From: Rhizophagus irregularis
Taxonomy: Eukaryota
Reading direction: 5' to 3'
NCBI RefSeq assembly: GCF_026210795.1
Contig: NC_089433.1
Location: forward strand, 248,001-312,000
Length of the DNA: 64,000 nt
Shown: positions 23,061 through 37,883 of the stretch, in pieces
Layout: the number at the start of each line of letters is the position of its first letter
Position numbering within the stretch: position 1 is the stretch's first letter
The notes under the pieces: model-generated
What the model was told of the DNA's origin: nothing
Seen by the model: the letters and a program-made list of their open reading frames with translations, nothing else
Databases searched by the model: none
Made by a program: the position numbers and the translations under genes

Positions 23061-24664
23061 ATAAAGTGAAAAAGAACGTGAGAGTTTATATTTAAAAAGA
23101 TTCATTGAACATAATACAAGATTTCCCACATCTCATAATTAATTGCATGAATTTTTTGGATTATAGTAATTAGAAAATTTAGTATGTTTAAAGTTTGTTA
23201 AATATAATTTACACTCTTGGTCATTCAAATACATAAAATTGATTAAAATGTTTAAAATTTATAGAAATATAGAAATCATAATTATGAACGAGCACCAACA
23301 TTATATAGTATTTAGGACTTACCTTTCTTATAACAAATATCAACAATAACTTTCCAAATATGAAACGTCATTAATGGTAATAAACTAAGGAACCCAATAA
23401 TTTTCTTTATTTCACATTCACCAAAAATATTTAGACATTCGCTATAATAAAATTTATTATAGTGATTTCTCTACCCTTAAATTGTAAGTGAATATTACAT
23501 AAGTTATTTACAAATGATTTTATTTAACAAATTATCTCGTTTAATATATTTACTTTCATATTCCTTGGAGCTACTTGAAACTCATTACAAATTTTTTAGA
23601 ATAATTTTAATCTATTAAATATTCATACTATATACTTTTTTACCTTTACATTACTGTGAGCTATTATTAAATAATAAGTATCGCATTTCTTTATTAATCA
23701 TCTTATTATAAAACATAGATTACATTAATTTAGAAATACTTAGAGGTAAACAATTATAAAAATTGAATAACCCTATAACTAACAAGTCTATTCTAAAAAA
23801 CGAATACTATGCTAAATAAATAATCTACTTACTAAACGCAACCTGTAATAAATACAATAAAATATATAAAAATTATTTGTAAAAGTTAACAAAGTTTTGC
23901 CTACTTATAAAAATTTTACTAACGTTTTATGTATATACTCTATGCATAATATTGATATTATTCTGAATCCGATACTATATCACCCCTTGTAATCGCTTTC
24001 TTCTTTTTACGTTTTTTCTTATTACTATCTTTCGTCTCATCTGAATCATCCGAACTTAAATTATCATCTTTTGGTTTTATTGAAATTAGTGGCCTTAAAG
24101 GTAGTCTTTTACTAAAATCTTCATTTAAATTTGTAAATTCTTTAACCACCTCCTTATTACTTCCAATATGTGATGCCGGTTTACTCGACGATGTAGGCAC
24201 TGGCGTTGATGTTGATTCAATTTCTAATTGGTCCATCGCATCGAAATATAACTCTTTATTCACTTGAAAGTCGTCCGACTGTTGTGTAGATGAATTATTT
24301 CTTGATGCAAAATGCACTTTTTTTGAACTTATATTTTTTGTTCTTGCCAAATAATTCTTATTGACTTTCCCATTTAAAAACTGATTTGCAATTAAGTATG
24401 ATTTACATACATAGTACTATGCTAAAATTTACCCTTCGTACTACATAAACTTTCTATTGAACGTCATACAGAAGATCATTATTCATTGCGCCACTTTGTT
24501 GAATAAATCAAGTTAAACAAAAAAGGTATAACTATACTTTAAAAGTTAATTCATTGACGCTATCGTTACGACGTTACGTAAACAAACTTTACGTTAATTA
24601 TAAAATAAAAAAAAATTTTTTTTTATTTATTTTTTTTTTGTTCGACTTAAATGACTATATAATC

Positions 24665-25345
24665 ATGACTATACAACCTGAAAATTTACTTGTTTGTTCT
24701 ACAGCGGGAAAAATATATGCTATCAGTAAGATAGATGGCTCTCAAATATGGAAGACCGAACTTAGTGGAGTACATGACGGTGTTGGTTCATTATTTGTAT
24801 CCGGTGATAAAGTTTATGTTGGAATGAATGGTTGTTTAATCGCTTTAAACTTGATTAAAGGAACGGAAATTTGGAGAAACTCACTGTCAGGGATGGGATA
24901 TAATGAAATATCATTACTTGTTGTTAACATAAACTCTGAAGGAGAAGTAACATCTCATGAAGCTCAATCTTCTATCGTTATAGTTGCTTCTCACGGAAAA
25001 GTATATGGAATAAATTCAGAATCAGGAGATATACTTTGGAAAAATAAATTGAAAAATGGTGGTTATGAATTGCCTTCTTTAATAATAGATTCACCTGATA
25101 AAGTTCTTGTTGGATGTGGAAAGTTGGTTTATAAAATTAATATTTATGATGGAAAAACTATCTGGCAAAAGAAAGTTTCTACTTGTTTACTTGGTTGTTC
25201 TCATGTTACTATGGCCACTCATCAAAGTAGTTTACAAAATGCATTTACATACACTGGATTTTGTAATAATCCTATCGCTCAACATTCTAGAAAGGAAAAA
25301 GAAAATAATAAATACGAAATTGCTTACGGTACAAATATTATATAA
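24665..25345 (+). CDS. Intronless PQQ-like (BamB-type) beta-propeller repeat protein, 226 aa
   Basis: First ATG at 24665. Four repeats ending in G..IW[KRQ]: GKIYAISKIDGSQIWK, GCLIALNLIKGTEIWR, GKVYGINSESGDILWK, LVYKINIYDGKTIWQ. Confidence 0.85.
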   Translation: MTIQPENLLVCSTAGKIYAISKIDGSQIWKTELSGVHDGVGSLFVSGDKVYVGMNGCLIALNLIKGTEIWRNSLSGMGYNEISLLVVNINSEGEVTSHEAQSSIVIVASHGKVYGINSESGDILWKNKLKNGGYELPSLIIDSPDKVLVGCGKLVYKINIYDGKTIWQKKVSTCLLGCSHVTMATHQSSLQNAFTYTGFCNNPIAQHSRKEKENNKYEIAYGTNII

Positions 25346-26400
25346 TGTATTGTTAATTAGTGGGGATTATTTTATAAACGTAAATTGTGTTAGTAGAAAA
25401 TATTTGATGTATATTAAATGAGAATTTCAAATTTTATATTTTATGTAAAATATCAAATTATATTTATTATATTGATTTAAAGTTCCCTTTAGTATTATTT
25501 TTTATTAAAAAAAAATAAAGGATAATTTTTTTTTAAAAAAAAAATTCAATATTTTATATATTGCGAATAATACGCTGATGCAATTATTACCATATTTGAG
25601 AGATTGACTTTTCGCCAGTATATGAACGGGATCTTGTAAAATTTTAAATATATTACTATGAAGTATTCTTACGTCATCATGTTGATTTGTTATACAATCT
25701 CGTATGAAAAAGTTATGCTGTAAAGGAAAATCCGAAAATGTTTAAAATCAGATTATTAAATTTTTTTTTTTTTACAAAATTCTTTCCTACCTGCCTGATT
25801 GCTGGTTTTTTTTAACATTAATAAAGTTAAATTGTTTACAACATAAGTTTGTGTGGTAATAAAGGAAACAAATTCAAACTTAATAAAATAATTTAACTAG
25901 GAAACGTAAGTCCAGTAAAATGCGATTTCATTAGGTGGCGATCACGTGGTGGACAGAGAATTCACGTGATCGATTTTTTTTTCATAGTGCGTAGACATAT
26001 ATTGTCCTTCGCTTCGCTCCAGACAATTATTGTAGCTTAAAAAAATTATGTTGATGTTAATACGATATATACATATTTTATTTGGAAAGAAAATGACAAA
26101 CATCTAGGACTAGAAGGTCGAAGAAACCGTTAATACGAATTTAATCGACAAATAAAAATTTATTCTCTCTTGACCCAAGCGTACACCGTACATGCGTAAT
26201 TTTGACTTAATTTTTTGACAGTACTTCCATGACTTTGGTTAGTTTCTTTGAGGTTTGGTAGACGTAAAGAAAATATCATTGCTTCCAATTATAGAAATTT
26301 ATGGAAATACGATCAACGTAAAACAATATAAATAAGGTTTGACTGCAACTCAAAAATTTTTGCCGTTTTTTTTTCCTTTTTCTCATTTACAACAAAAAAA

Positions 26401-27871
26401 ATGATTTCAAAATTTTGGGCAGAATTATCCAACGATTATGAGAAATTTTTTGAAACAGAAATAGGATATGACGTTATTATTTATGCAGGAGATGATCAAA
26501 ATGTCAAAGAAATTCATGCTCATTCAAATATTTTATGTGCTAGGTCTCAATATTTTCGTACTGAATTTTCTAACGAATTGGCTGAGAAAAGAGACGGAAA
26601 ATTTATTTTTAGAAAACAAAATATTTCTCCGCAATTATTTAATATCATTCTTAGGTAAGATATTATTGTATTTTATCATATAAATTTGTAAAAATATTTA
26701 AATAATTAATCATGTTATTAGGTTCATTTATTGTGGAAATATTGAATTGAAGAATTTACAAGGCTCTGAAGTATTAAAATTATTGATAGCTGTGGATGAA
26801 CTGAATATCAATTCGTTAATTTCTCATATCCAAGAATTTTTGATTGAACATCAAACCGAATTTTTACAACAAAATCCAACCGGAATTCTTGAAATTATTT
26901 ATCAACATGAAGCATTTACGGATTTATGGAATTTTTGCCTTGAAAAAATTTGTGAAGAACCTAAAATTTTATTCAGTTCTGAAAATTTTATTAATTTAAA
27001 AGCTCCTTTATTGGAATTATTATTAAAAAAGGATGACTTAATTATGGATGAAATTGAAATTTGGGAGTATTTATTAAAATGGTGTTTTGCTCAACAAAAT
27101 ATGCAGAATGATCCAACAAAATGGAATAAAGATGATATTATAAGAGTTGAAAGAGAATTATATAGATTTATTCCTTTAATTCGATTCTATGATATTGAAC
27201 CTACTGATTTTTTTTACAAAGTTTATTGTTACAAAGACATCTTACCACAAGATTTAATTCATGATCTTTTGGAATATCATATAGTTCCTGACATAAAATC
27301 AAAAGTTAATTTACCACCTTCAAGAAAGCCAAATTTAAAATATCCACTTGATTCAACTTTAATTAAATCGAACCATCTTCCTCTTTTTGCTTCGTGGATT
27401 GATAAAAAAGATACTTCACATTATAATAGAAAAAATAATCCCTATGATTTCAAGTTATTATATCGCTCAAGTCAAGATGGATTTGATACTAAATCATTTC
27501 ACAAAAATTGTGACAATAAAGGAGCTACTATTTGGATAGCAAAAATTAAAAATTTAAAACAATTAATTGGAGGGTATAATCCACTTAATTGGAATGAAAG
27601 TCGTTCTTGGTATGCTACAGCAGACAGTTTTATTTTTAATTTTATCAATGGAGGAAATATTTCTACTTCAAAAGTAAGTTATGTTAAGAAACAAGATCAT
27701 GCTGTTTTATGTCAGTCTAATTACGGTCCATCTATGGGTAATATATACTGTCATAATAATAATTGGTCTAATGAAGATCATGGCTATGGCGATAATATCT
27801 ATCCAAACATAGGAATTCCAAAAAATTTTGAAGTAGAAGATTATGAAGTATTTCAAGTAATTAAAAAGTAA
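26401..27871 (+). CDS. BTB/POZ-BACK-TLDc domain protein (~467 aa, 2 exons), inverted duplicate of 20418-21898
   Basis: Exon1 26401-26654, intron 26655-26721, exon2 26722-27871; intact frame. Confidence 0.92.
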
Positions 27872-29922
27872 ATTTAAGATGAAATTGAAATTATTTTTTT
27901 AATTATATCTTCTGAAAAAATATTTCACTACCAATAATCACAGTTTTCTGCGAACCTAATAAGTAAACAACTTTATTAAATTAAGTTCAAGATGCATAAA
28001 CATATTTAAATTTGTTAATAAAGTAAATAAATTTTATCTTTAATAATATCATTATGCTAACTATTTTGTTATTTGAAAAAAATATAATATTTTAAGGATA
28101 GGCAGGGTATAAACTTATGCCAACTTTACCATGTAGGTTTGATGTAAATTTCATCACTTTTTAATATAAAAAATGCGTCTCTTTTAATAAAAAAAATACA
28201 TCATTTCAGTATAAGAAATATGCTGTTTAATTGAAAGATACATCAAAATCAGTTATTAGTAGGAAAAAGGACAGAATATTTCGCGATCGGAATGAAATTG
28301 TTCGTTTAGCAGAAAAAAGTAAAGTGATTATGGAATTCACAACGCTCAATGATAATTTCATAAATCAAATGAACGACAAAAATAGAGAAGTAAATGAAAA
28401 GAATATGAATGAGAAACGTCTCGAAAACAGGCCACCAGGAGATAAGTACCCAAAACGTGAAGCAGACAAACAATTTAAAGAAAAGTTAATTAACTTATGT
28501 TGAGGTCACGTGATTTAACGTAAAAAATTTTCCAACGAAAAGAAGGAGTCATATTGTTATTTTAGTTGTTTCTATAATGATTTTGTTGGATCAAGAAAGT
28601 ACTACATTGGAAATTTTAGGGATACGTTCATGATATCAAAATCCAAGTTTTCACTCGGAATCGACATTCTTTCTTTTTTAGAAGAATGCTATTGGTGCAA
28701 CGTATTATCGCGTAGTGGATTGGACCAAGACTTCATGGACGTTATTACTAATTTTTGTTTTTTAGGATGGTGAATTAAGCCTAAATGGAAATCTTTAAGA
28801 GCTGGGTTTCTGATAGAATTTGGTTAACGAATACATAATTACAATGGCTCTCAAACTATACGGATAAGTAACATGAAATTGAAAGTGGAAGCTTGGACAA
28901 AGTCTTTTTATTATTTTGTTAATTTTCATTTTGGTTATCCTTTTAGCAGAGTTTTTCTAGTGACGAGAATTAGTTTTTATTTAATATGTTGATTTTTTAT
29001 TTTTGGATTTTGAGTGCATCTATGTATTTTGATAAATTAATATATGTAATCTATATTATGGTTTACAGGTATTAATAAAGAAATGCGTTGCTAATTTTTT
29101 TTTTAAAAAAAATATTAAAATCAGTTATTACATTAAAAAGTGCATTTGCACGTTATAGAAAACAAAAAAAAAGTTACTGACTATATTTATGTGTACTTAT
29201 TATAATATTTCTTTGTTAAATATGATACTAATTATCATTCTTTATAAAAAAAGTTAATAGTAAAAATAGTAAATAAATGTACAACTGAACGTTTGACGAA
29301 TTGATTTAATTTGTAAAGTTATAAAAAAATAGATTGGATAGTTAATTTGATGTATTACTTATGGGGATGAGAACCAGCTCGCTCGGTCTGCTCTGGTTTT
29401 GAACCGATACTATTGAGTTGATCTGGCTCAAATTGGATGAACGTTCCATAATCCGATTTGATCAGCTCGACAAAAATTTATCAGAACTGATCAGAACCAA
29501 AAGTACCAAACCGAACAGGAACACTAACTCGAATTGTTCAACCACGAACTTTTCCCGAGTAAATCTATCTATTAAAGATTTTTAGCATTTAAAGAACGAA
29601 AAAATCATTATTTAATTAGCTGGATAAGCATTAATTTTTTTCTATACCCTTTTTTACTGATTTTTTTTAGTAATTAAATAATAGCATTATTAGTTTTTGT
29701 TTGGGTTCAGAAATTTCCTTGACAATAATATTGGTAAAATTTTTACAAAAATAATTTTTTGTTTTTTATTTAATAAACAAATAAAAATAAAATAATAGCA
29801 AATATAACTCATAAAATAAAACCTATAAAATATGAATATAAAATAAAAATAATTGGTAAACTCAATAAAATATATATATATATATAACAAAATACTAGCC
29901 ATAATATGACTAATTCAACTTT

Positions 29923-32900
29923 CTACTGCTGCTGTGATAATTTACTACGCAAATCACGTATTTCTTCTAATATATTTTTTAAAGTAGTTTCATCAACAGG
30001 ATTATGTTGAATATTGAGTCGGTTTAATAAATCCTGCTTTAATTCCAAAAATTCACCTGTATTCCATTCTCCTTCATTAATCATTTCTTTGATTTTTCGC
30101 CGAACTTTATCAACATCAGCATAATAGTATCTTAAAAATAAATTTATATAAAAAATTAATAAAAAATTAATTTTGCATAAAAACATAATAAAATAATCAA
30201 ATTTACATACATTACTTCAGGAAACCATTCATGCCAACGCCTTTGATGTGGTAATAAATAAAGTAATTCTATTTCAGCTAGAATCTTTGAAAAAGTCAAA
30301 AAATTTTAGTAATTTACAATGATTTAACTAAATAATGATGATAATATACAGTACCTCTGCTTTCTGTACTAAATATGAGGCTTTATTATTATCTTTTTCA
30401 ATTGCATTATTAAGTAATCCAATAAGCAAATTCATAAGATATACAACAACCAATAATGAAAATAGAACAATTAGTATTACAAGTGATGGGTTGTCTTTAT
30501 ATGTCCAATTTGATAATGCACTTGAATCTCCTATAATAAAATATATATTTTATTAAATTACTAATTAACAAATATAATAATTAGAAAGAATTCCTATTTA
30601 CCTATTAAGAATAAATACATTGCAAAAATAGCAGTCCCAAAATCTACAAACATGTTTGTATTTCCATCGGGTGGTTGAATGAAATATTGATTTTGATTAA
30701 CAGTTCCATCAGCAAATAATTGATAATAAGCGGGGGCTATATTCCAAGGGTTATTTGGATCATCATTATTTGTATTTTTTTTTTCAAAAGAAAAATTAGA
30801 TGTGGGTGATAATAAAATGTAAAATGTATGCGCAAAACTAATTATAATAATAAATAAAACTACTAAAAAAGAAGCAATTTGTTTTCCAACACTAATCATA
30901 ATTGCAAAATATACACCAAAAGATTCAAATACTCTAAAAAATAACAAAAACTTTATATCTAAAAATAAGCATGAAAAAGAAATTAAGTGAATATTTCTAT
31001 TATTTGTTTGAATCCAATAAATAGAAGTACCAATTGGAAAAAAGAATGCAATTATATCTATAATATTAGATAATAATTAATAATTTTTATAATAATAATG
31101 TTAGGTACTAATTACAATACATTCATATTACCAAATATATTCCAAAAATTACGGAACCATCTAATAGGATTATAAATAAACTGACGTATTTCAAAACTAA
31201 GATGAATAAATCCAAGTATAATAGAGGCAATTAAAAGTTGGTTTTGAGTATCTTCATCAATATATTGTTGAGGAATTGTTGCAGCAGCAGTAAAGCATCC
31301 AAGAAAAGCCATATATACAATCCAAATTAATGCATAGTAGTATTTTCCATAGTTATTCCATTTAAAATCAATTAATGTCTCTCCATTCCAAGTCTTATAT
31401 ATATCTTTATTTATTGTTTCGACAAATGGACTATACTGAGGTTTAATTAACTCTTTAAACCAATTATATTTTTGTGGATAGTTAACAAATTTAATATATG
31501 GATTCATAAATATAATTGTTGGTGTTGTTGTATGTTTAAAAAGTTCTGAAGAAATGTGATAAAAAATGTCATTAAGATGTCATTAACATTCAATAACAAA
31601 AAATAAATAGAAAACATATTACCTTCTTTAGCTTTAACAAAAAAATGGTATATATAAAATATAGGTAAAAGGGGCAAAATTATTAAGATTTGAATAGAAA
31701 TTAGCATCAAGTACATAATTATATGTTTATCACCAATTTCACTCATTAATAGGTTATATTTACACCACCGAATAGATTTAGTTAAATTAATTATTTGAGG
31801 ATATTCAGAAGAGGAATAGAGATGTAAATTGATATTCTTATATTCTATACTGTAAAAAGAAGAATCTGTGATCATTGTTGTTTCTGATGAATATCTTGAA
31901 ATATAATCTGGATAGCTTTTATTCAATAATGCCATTGTAGAAGTAATAATACTTAAATACATCCTATTATTTCCTAAATCTTCTATAAAATAATTAATAC
32001 ACTTTTTATAAATATCTTCTATTAAATCTAATTTATGTTCTTCAATTGCAAATGTTAATAATTCAACACCATACTTCAAAAGTCTCTCCTTATTATCTTT
32101 TATATATGTTTCCCATTTATCATAATGTTTTAAACTATCATAATTTGATAAAGGTAAAGTAGGTTTTGAAAATATTTCTTTATAATTTTTCAATTGTTCT
32201 ATAATATTATCTTTGTTTTCGATTTTTAAATAATAATATTTGTCTGTAGAAATGAATTCTTTGTTGATCTTCATATAATAATAATAGTTTAAAGAAATAG
32301 ATTTGTTATTTTCATTAAAATTATAAATAAAAAGACCTATTGTTGTCAATATAATGATATCACTGTCATTAAATAACTTAAATCCAAGTACATATTGACC
32401 TGCATTAATATTTTCTTCTCTTGTACAAATTGGATCCTGACTATTAACTGTATTATTTCCAAAAACTTCTAGTCTAATTATTCCCTTATCTAATTTAAGC
32501 TTCCATTCAATTAAATTTTGAGTCAATGTCACTTCGTTATACTTAATATGATCTATTTCTTGGAATAAAGCATGTATAGTATCCATATATCTATTATTGA
32601 AGATAATATTTAAGAGATCAACTGTTTTATATGTTTCTTTCTTGTTCTTAAAATCATCATCAACATACCAGTTTTCAATAATTTCATTAGGAATTTCGAA
32701 TTTTGAACTGTTTTTTGCTAAAATTTCTTCATGTTTGATCTTTATAATATGTCCATCTCGAATTCCAAATACATATTTGGTCGTAGTTCGAATTTTATTT
32801 AGTAAACTTCTGGCCTGACATTTTTTCGATAATTGTCCTTTCTCTTTTAACCGGTCTAAACATTTATCCCAATAAAGTTCTTTAATGATACTGCCACTCA

Positions 32901-33937
32901 ATAAAGGAATCAATGAAGGGATTAAACAAGTACGATTCATAAAATTATGTAGTTGAATAACTAATTGAAATTAATTTAATATGAATAATGGTATTGCATA
33001 AATTTTTATAATTTTTAACTCTAAATACTGTACTTACCATCATTAATATTATTAATATCCAAAGAAACAAAAGGAATTTTAAAGTCAATCGAATAAACAA
33101 TAATTTTATTATTTATTCTTATATAAATAAAGTTCTCATCATTTCCAATGATGATATTCTGTAAAAGACAAATGATAAATTAATTGTACGATCCTATTTG
33201 AAAATATTTTGTAATTAACTATCATATTTTATTACCTTGTCGTATGAAATATAATTTTTCAACTCGTAACTTATAAGTTCTATCTTGTCTTTTTTAAATA
33301 TTCTTATACTTTTTCGAGTAATAAGATTATATTCATAAATAGAATTATTTGAAAATAAATAAAGCTTATCATATTTTGATATGCTAATAAAGTCAAAACC
33401 CTCCGGTATTTTGTAAATTCTTTTACAATTTAATTTGTTATTTTTAGTTTGCGTGGAATAAATAAAAATAAAATTATCTTTTACTTCACGTAAAATAAAT
33501 TCACCTTTTAAGGTAAAGGTATAATAATTATAATTATAGTTAACGCCACAATCCAAAATAATTTTCTGTTTACTATTCATGTCGCATATTTCTAATAAAA
33601 TAAAATTAAACCGTAATTAAATATATGCAAATATTAATCGTTTGAATTGATAAAATAATTATGATTTACCCAAATATTCATTATAGTCGATATACGCAAG
33701 TTTCTTATCATTGGAAACAAATATTTGGTATAAAATTTTATCGGAATCTAATTTGATAAACAATTCCGGTTTAAATGGACACTCATTAATATTCCAACCG
33801 GCAATTGAATGATCATAATTACTATATGTAACGAGGTATTCTTCATTTGGCGATATTTCTATTTTAGTAATAGGTTCACTGTTATGTGGCTTATCAATAT
33901 CGTTACCAATATCAATTTCTACCGCAATGTTACTCAT
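29923..33937 (-). pseudogene. Multi-exon TRP-like ion-transport protein with beta-rich N-terminus; one frameshift
   Basis: Exons from ATG 33937 (33937-33670, 33591-33236, 33158-33038, ...). Membrane region LFFRVFESFGVYFAIM...SFAHTFYILL...NLLIGLLSNAI. The frame changes near 31510-31640: the expected TTPTIIFMNPY lies in another frame, so this is a pseudogene or an assembly indel. Confidence 0.8.
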
Positions 33938-34600
33938 TTTTTTTTAAAAAAATAAAATAGCAAACTTTATTATAAAAGAAAGTAGTGTTTTACAAACTGG
34001 CTATCATTAGTTACGGCAAAATATGAAATACGTATGTACAGTATAAATACCTATTATAATGGAAAAATAATTAGCCGCAACGTGATCCGGACCCGGCTCA
34101 GGCGTAAATCGTCGTGGAATTCCAGGAGATTTTCTGCGATTAAACCGGGTCCGGATGATCGGCAATCAGGAATTCGGCTCTAATTACACCATTATAAAAA
34201 AATAATAAGAGAAATGATCATCGATTTATAAGCATAATCTGACATCATAAGTCCAAGCGTTGGCGTTAAAAAAAAAAGTTAGCCTTATATGACAAGGTTT
34301 AATGTAGTGATGTAAATTTAAGGAATTTATTATCTTAATTTGTTTACATTGAATAAAATAATTGGTTCTCTCTTTGTTAACCAAATATGAAATATGCATA
34401 ATTCAATAGTTCATGTATTTTTTAAAAAATATTATTTTTAATGTGTTCGCGCCTGATCTACGCTTAATAGTTAAGACCACTTGATCGGCAAATTCATTCT
34501 AATTACTAACGTATGGGAGAATTAATTTTGATCACCCTTTCACTAATACTTATAAATGATAGGTAATTAACTTTATAGGAATAACAATAGATCAGTATAA

Positions 34601-37600
34601 TCTATATCTATATAATAAATAAATAAATTTTAATATAGAAAAATAAATTTTTTATAATAGTGGATCGGTAACTGACATTTTTCAATAAGTAATTAACTAT
34701 CTTTAGCAATAATGATAGATACCTATAACGGATGTTTTTTTTTGAGATGTATTTTTCAATTATATAGATTAATATAGATTTTTTTAACAATAGAAAATTA
34801 TGATGGTATTTTTTTTTTATATCTTTTATATCAATAAATTATTTAAAAAGTTTTTACTTCAAATCACCGGGGGTAATCATCACCGTTGGCCAGAATTATC
34901 AATTTTTACCGGCACTATATTTTTTTAATCCTGGTCGATCGTCATAATTTCAGTCACCGGTGATCATCACCCCAGTGATAACTAGTAAAATTCTATTTAA
35001 AATTAATAATGTATTTGTAAACACATAAATAAATAATAAATTCTACAATACTACAACGTGTAATAATAAATTTCCATATATAACACATCTACAGATCTAC
35101 TTATCTAAAAAATTTGGTTGACGTTTGGATTAGTCTCCGTATAAATAATTTGAATTGTGTAACTTGAAATCCCATGCCATATAATTAAAACCCGTGACAG
35201 GCGTGACATGCCTCCGCCTGATCTATTTATGATCAAAAACTATTCGATTCCAATAAAATAATCCAATTTTTTTTTTGATTATTAATTTTTTTTGTCCGAT
35301 TTTTTTTTTCAAATATTTTTAACTCCTTTTTTTTAAAAAAAATTTTTCAAACCGAAAAAATTTTTTCTCCCTTTCTTTCAGTTTAGTTTTTTTTCAACCT
35401 GAGAAATTTTTTTTTCTCATTCTTTTCCCGTTTAGGTTTGATTTTTTTTCCCAAACTGAAAAAATTATATTTTTTTTTATTAAATAATCCCCATTCTTTT
35501 GGTCTTTTAAGACCAAATTTTTTTTTCACTCTTTTGGATCGGATTATTGTCCTTTTTTTCAGAATTTTTTTCGTACTTATTTTTTTCGGAAGTTTCCCTT
35601 TTTTAAACTGATTTCTTTCTTTACCCTTTTTCTTCCCCCAAATTTTTTTTAAAATTTTTTTCTTTTTCTTTCAATTTTTTATTATTATTAAATAAAAAAT
35701 AAAATATTATATTAAATATATTTACAAAATTATTGTTTTTTTTAAAAAATCACCATAACATATCAGATATAGGAAAATTGACTAGTGTTCCGAATGATAC
35801 GAGTCAACCCGGGTTAATTTGACCCGACTCGACTTTTAAATCAGATCGGTACTAACGATTTTTAATGACCCGTGACCCGCATGACCCGCATGACCCGACC
35901 CGCCGGGTCGGGTTATAAATTTCCTTGACCCGGGTTTGACCCGGATCGACCCGGATGTTTTTAATTCTGGGAAAATTATAATTTTGGCCAAAATTAAGCC
36001 AAGAATTAGTTTTAACAAATATTAACATAGCTTAATCAGAAAAATAAAAAAATTAACCTTTGTCTTTTGAGAATAATATTTTTCTGATAGCTTTAGAATT
36101 CCAATTTATCTTTGATTTGAATATCTGCTAATTATTTTGCCTAATTCTTTGACTTTTATTATATTAAACCAGGTTCAAAATTCGTATTTTTAATTTTATT
36201 TTATTTAATTAGTCTAGGAGAAAATAAGAGCTAGTGTTACATGTTTTGTATAACCATTCATGATACAAATTTCAGGTGGCTACTAGTGGTTAATCACTAA
36301 GTTGCCTTTTTTTCAAATAAAAAAAATTAATTTTGTTATTATTATAAGAAAATCTCACATAATATAAGTTAGTACCCATTTTACTTAAATGTTCGGGTCT
36401 AACCCGGGTTACACGAGTTAAATTATACTCGGTCGAGTCAAGGGTCGGGTTACGAAAATATGAGACCCGAATAAATACGAGTCTTATATTTTTTTATTCA
36501 GATCGGGTCGAATATTTCCTCAAAACCCGACCCGACTTGACCCGGTAGGAGCACTAAAATTGACCAACGTTGATAGAAAGATGAGTAAGGTTTTTTCAAT
36601 TAAATTGAACACTGGATAAATAGTTTGATTTTTCAAATTCATAAAAATCAATCAATTAATTTAATTAATTATAAAATATGTAAAATATCGATTTTTTTTT
36701 GAAGAAATTGTTGATTTAATAATAGATTGTTATAACCAAATCCATATCCGAAATTCTCTAAATAACTACCAGATTTTTTGAATAAAGATTTTAATTCTGG
36801 TTTAGTACCAAAAGAATAATAATAAATGAAATGAATGGATTCTATAAATACATTTAATTATTCAAATATTCTTTTTAAGTTGGTTATAAGTTTAAGATTG
36901 ACGTAATATAAAATAAGAAATAATTATAAAGTTTATGATTATTAAAAAATTAATCAAAAAAATGAGGGTGAATGAAAAAAATGAAAAGAATGGAGGGGGA
37001 CGAAATGGCGCAAAGGGAATAAAAAAATGAAAGGAACGAAGGGTAGTGTAAAGAGAAGTGGGAATGGAAAAAAAATGAAAATGACAAAGGATAGTGTAAA
37101 GGAACGAAAAAGATGAAGTGGGAATGGAATAAAAATGAAAGATACGAAGGGTATTGTAAAGGAATGAAAAAGACGAAGGAACGAAGAGGAAATGAAAAAC
37201 AATGGAAAAAATGAAGGAAGGGAAGAATAAAAAGAGCAAAAGAGATGAAGAGGCAAAAAGAAAACAAAAAAATGGAGAAGGGACGAAATGAGATAAACAG
37301 GGGACCAAGTAAAAACAAAACTCATAAAACTAAAAGAAGAAGTAAAGTTAGTAGGAAACGGAAATTACATGTAATAAATAAACAAAAACAAAAAAATAAA
37401 AAACATACCTTAGTGAAGAACCGAAAGACCTAAAAAGAATGAATTCAAAATATAAAATGATCAGCTCATTAATTAGCCAATAAAATTTAATGTACAAATT
37501 TAATAATGAAGTGATATCACCGGGTAAATTATACAGGTTCAATCACCCTAGGTGAAAAATTATTAAATTGCAAACGTCAAATCATTATTAATATAAGCTA

Positions 37601-37762
37601 TATAATAGTAAATATAATTTATATCATTCTAATATTATAAATATAATTTAATAATAAAAAACTACTGTAACCATCTTTAATTTACTTAGTATTACATTAT
37701 AATACTAATTTTTTTATTTAAACAAACTCTGGTCCCGGTGCGAAGCAACGGGTGACTGCTAG
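34601..37762 (+). mobile_element. Non-autonomous Helitron (~3.16 kb)
   Basis: 5' A|TCTATATCTATATAATAAA at 34601. 3' hairpin CCCGGTGCGAAGCAACGGG followed by CTAG|T at 37759-37762. Inserted in an A|T target with no TSD. The 5' end is less certain than the 3' end. Confidence 0.75.
35783..36556. mobile_element. hAT-type MITE (774 bp) with 8-bp TSD, nested in the Helitron
   Basis: TIR TAGTGTTCC...GGAGCACTA. TSD AAATTGAC at 35775-35782 and 36557-36564. Dense subterminal GACCCG/CGGGTC repeats. Confidence 0.88.
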
Positions 37763-37883
37763 TAAAATATATAAAAAATTTTATAATCATTTATACTTTA
37801 TTAAGCTATAATAAATGTTCAAACAAAATATACTATTATTTAATTTAATTATACTCCTGTTACCGCTTAAATTACTGTTTATT

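Larger units (their letters stand above)
19833..28458. repeat. ~2.5-kb inverted duplication (arms ~19833-22324 and ~26025-28458) around a 3.7-kb spacer
   Basis: Promoter, BTB-TLDc gene and ~0.6 kb of 3' flank align in reverse complement (e.g. 19833-19900 vs 28401-28458; 22261-22324 vs 26025-26085). Confidence 0.9.

Noticed and set aside
23958..24350. 130-aa S/D/K-rich ORF with a basic NLS-like stretch
   Set aside because: TTG start, low complexity, no family recognised. It may be a gene or transposon relic but cannot be supported.
28231..28503. 90-aa ORF after the BTB gene
   Set aside because: TTG start, lies in the duplicated 3' flank, no recognisable domain.
36892..37433. F/S/L-rich ORFs in three frames
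   Set aside because: Artefacts of a purine-skewed low-complexity tract inside a Helitron.
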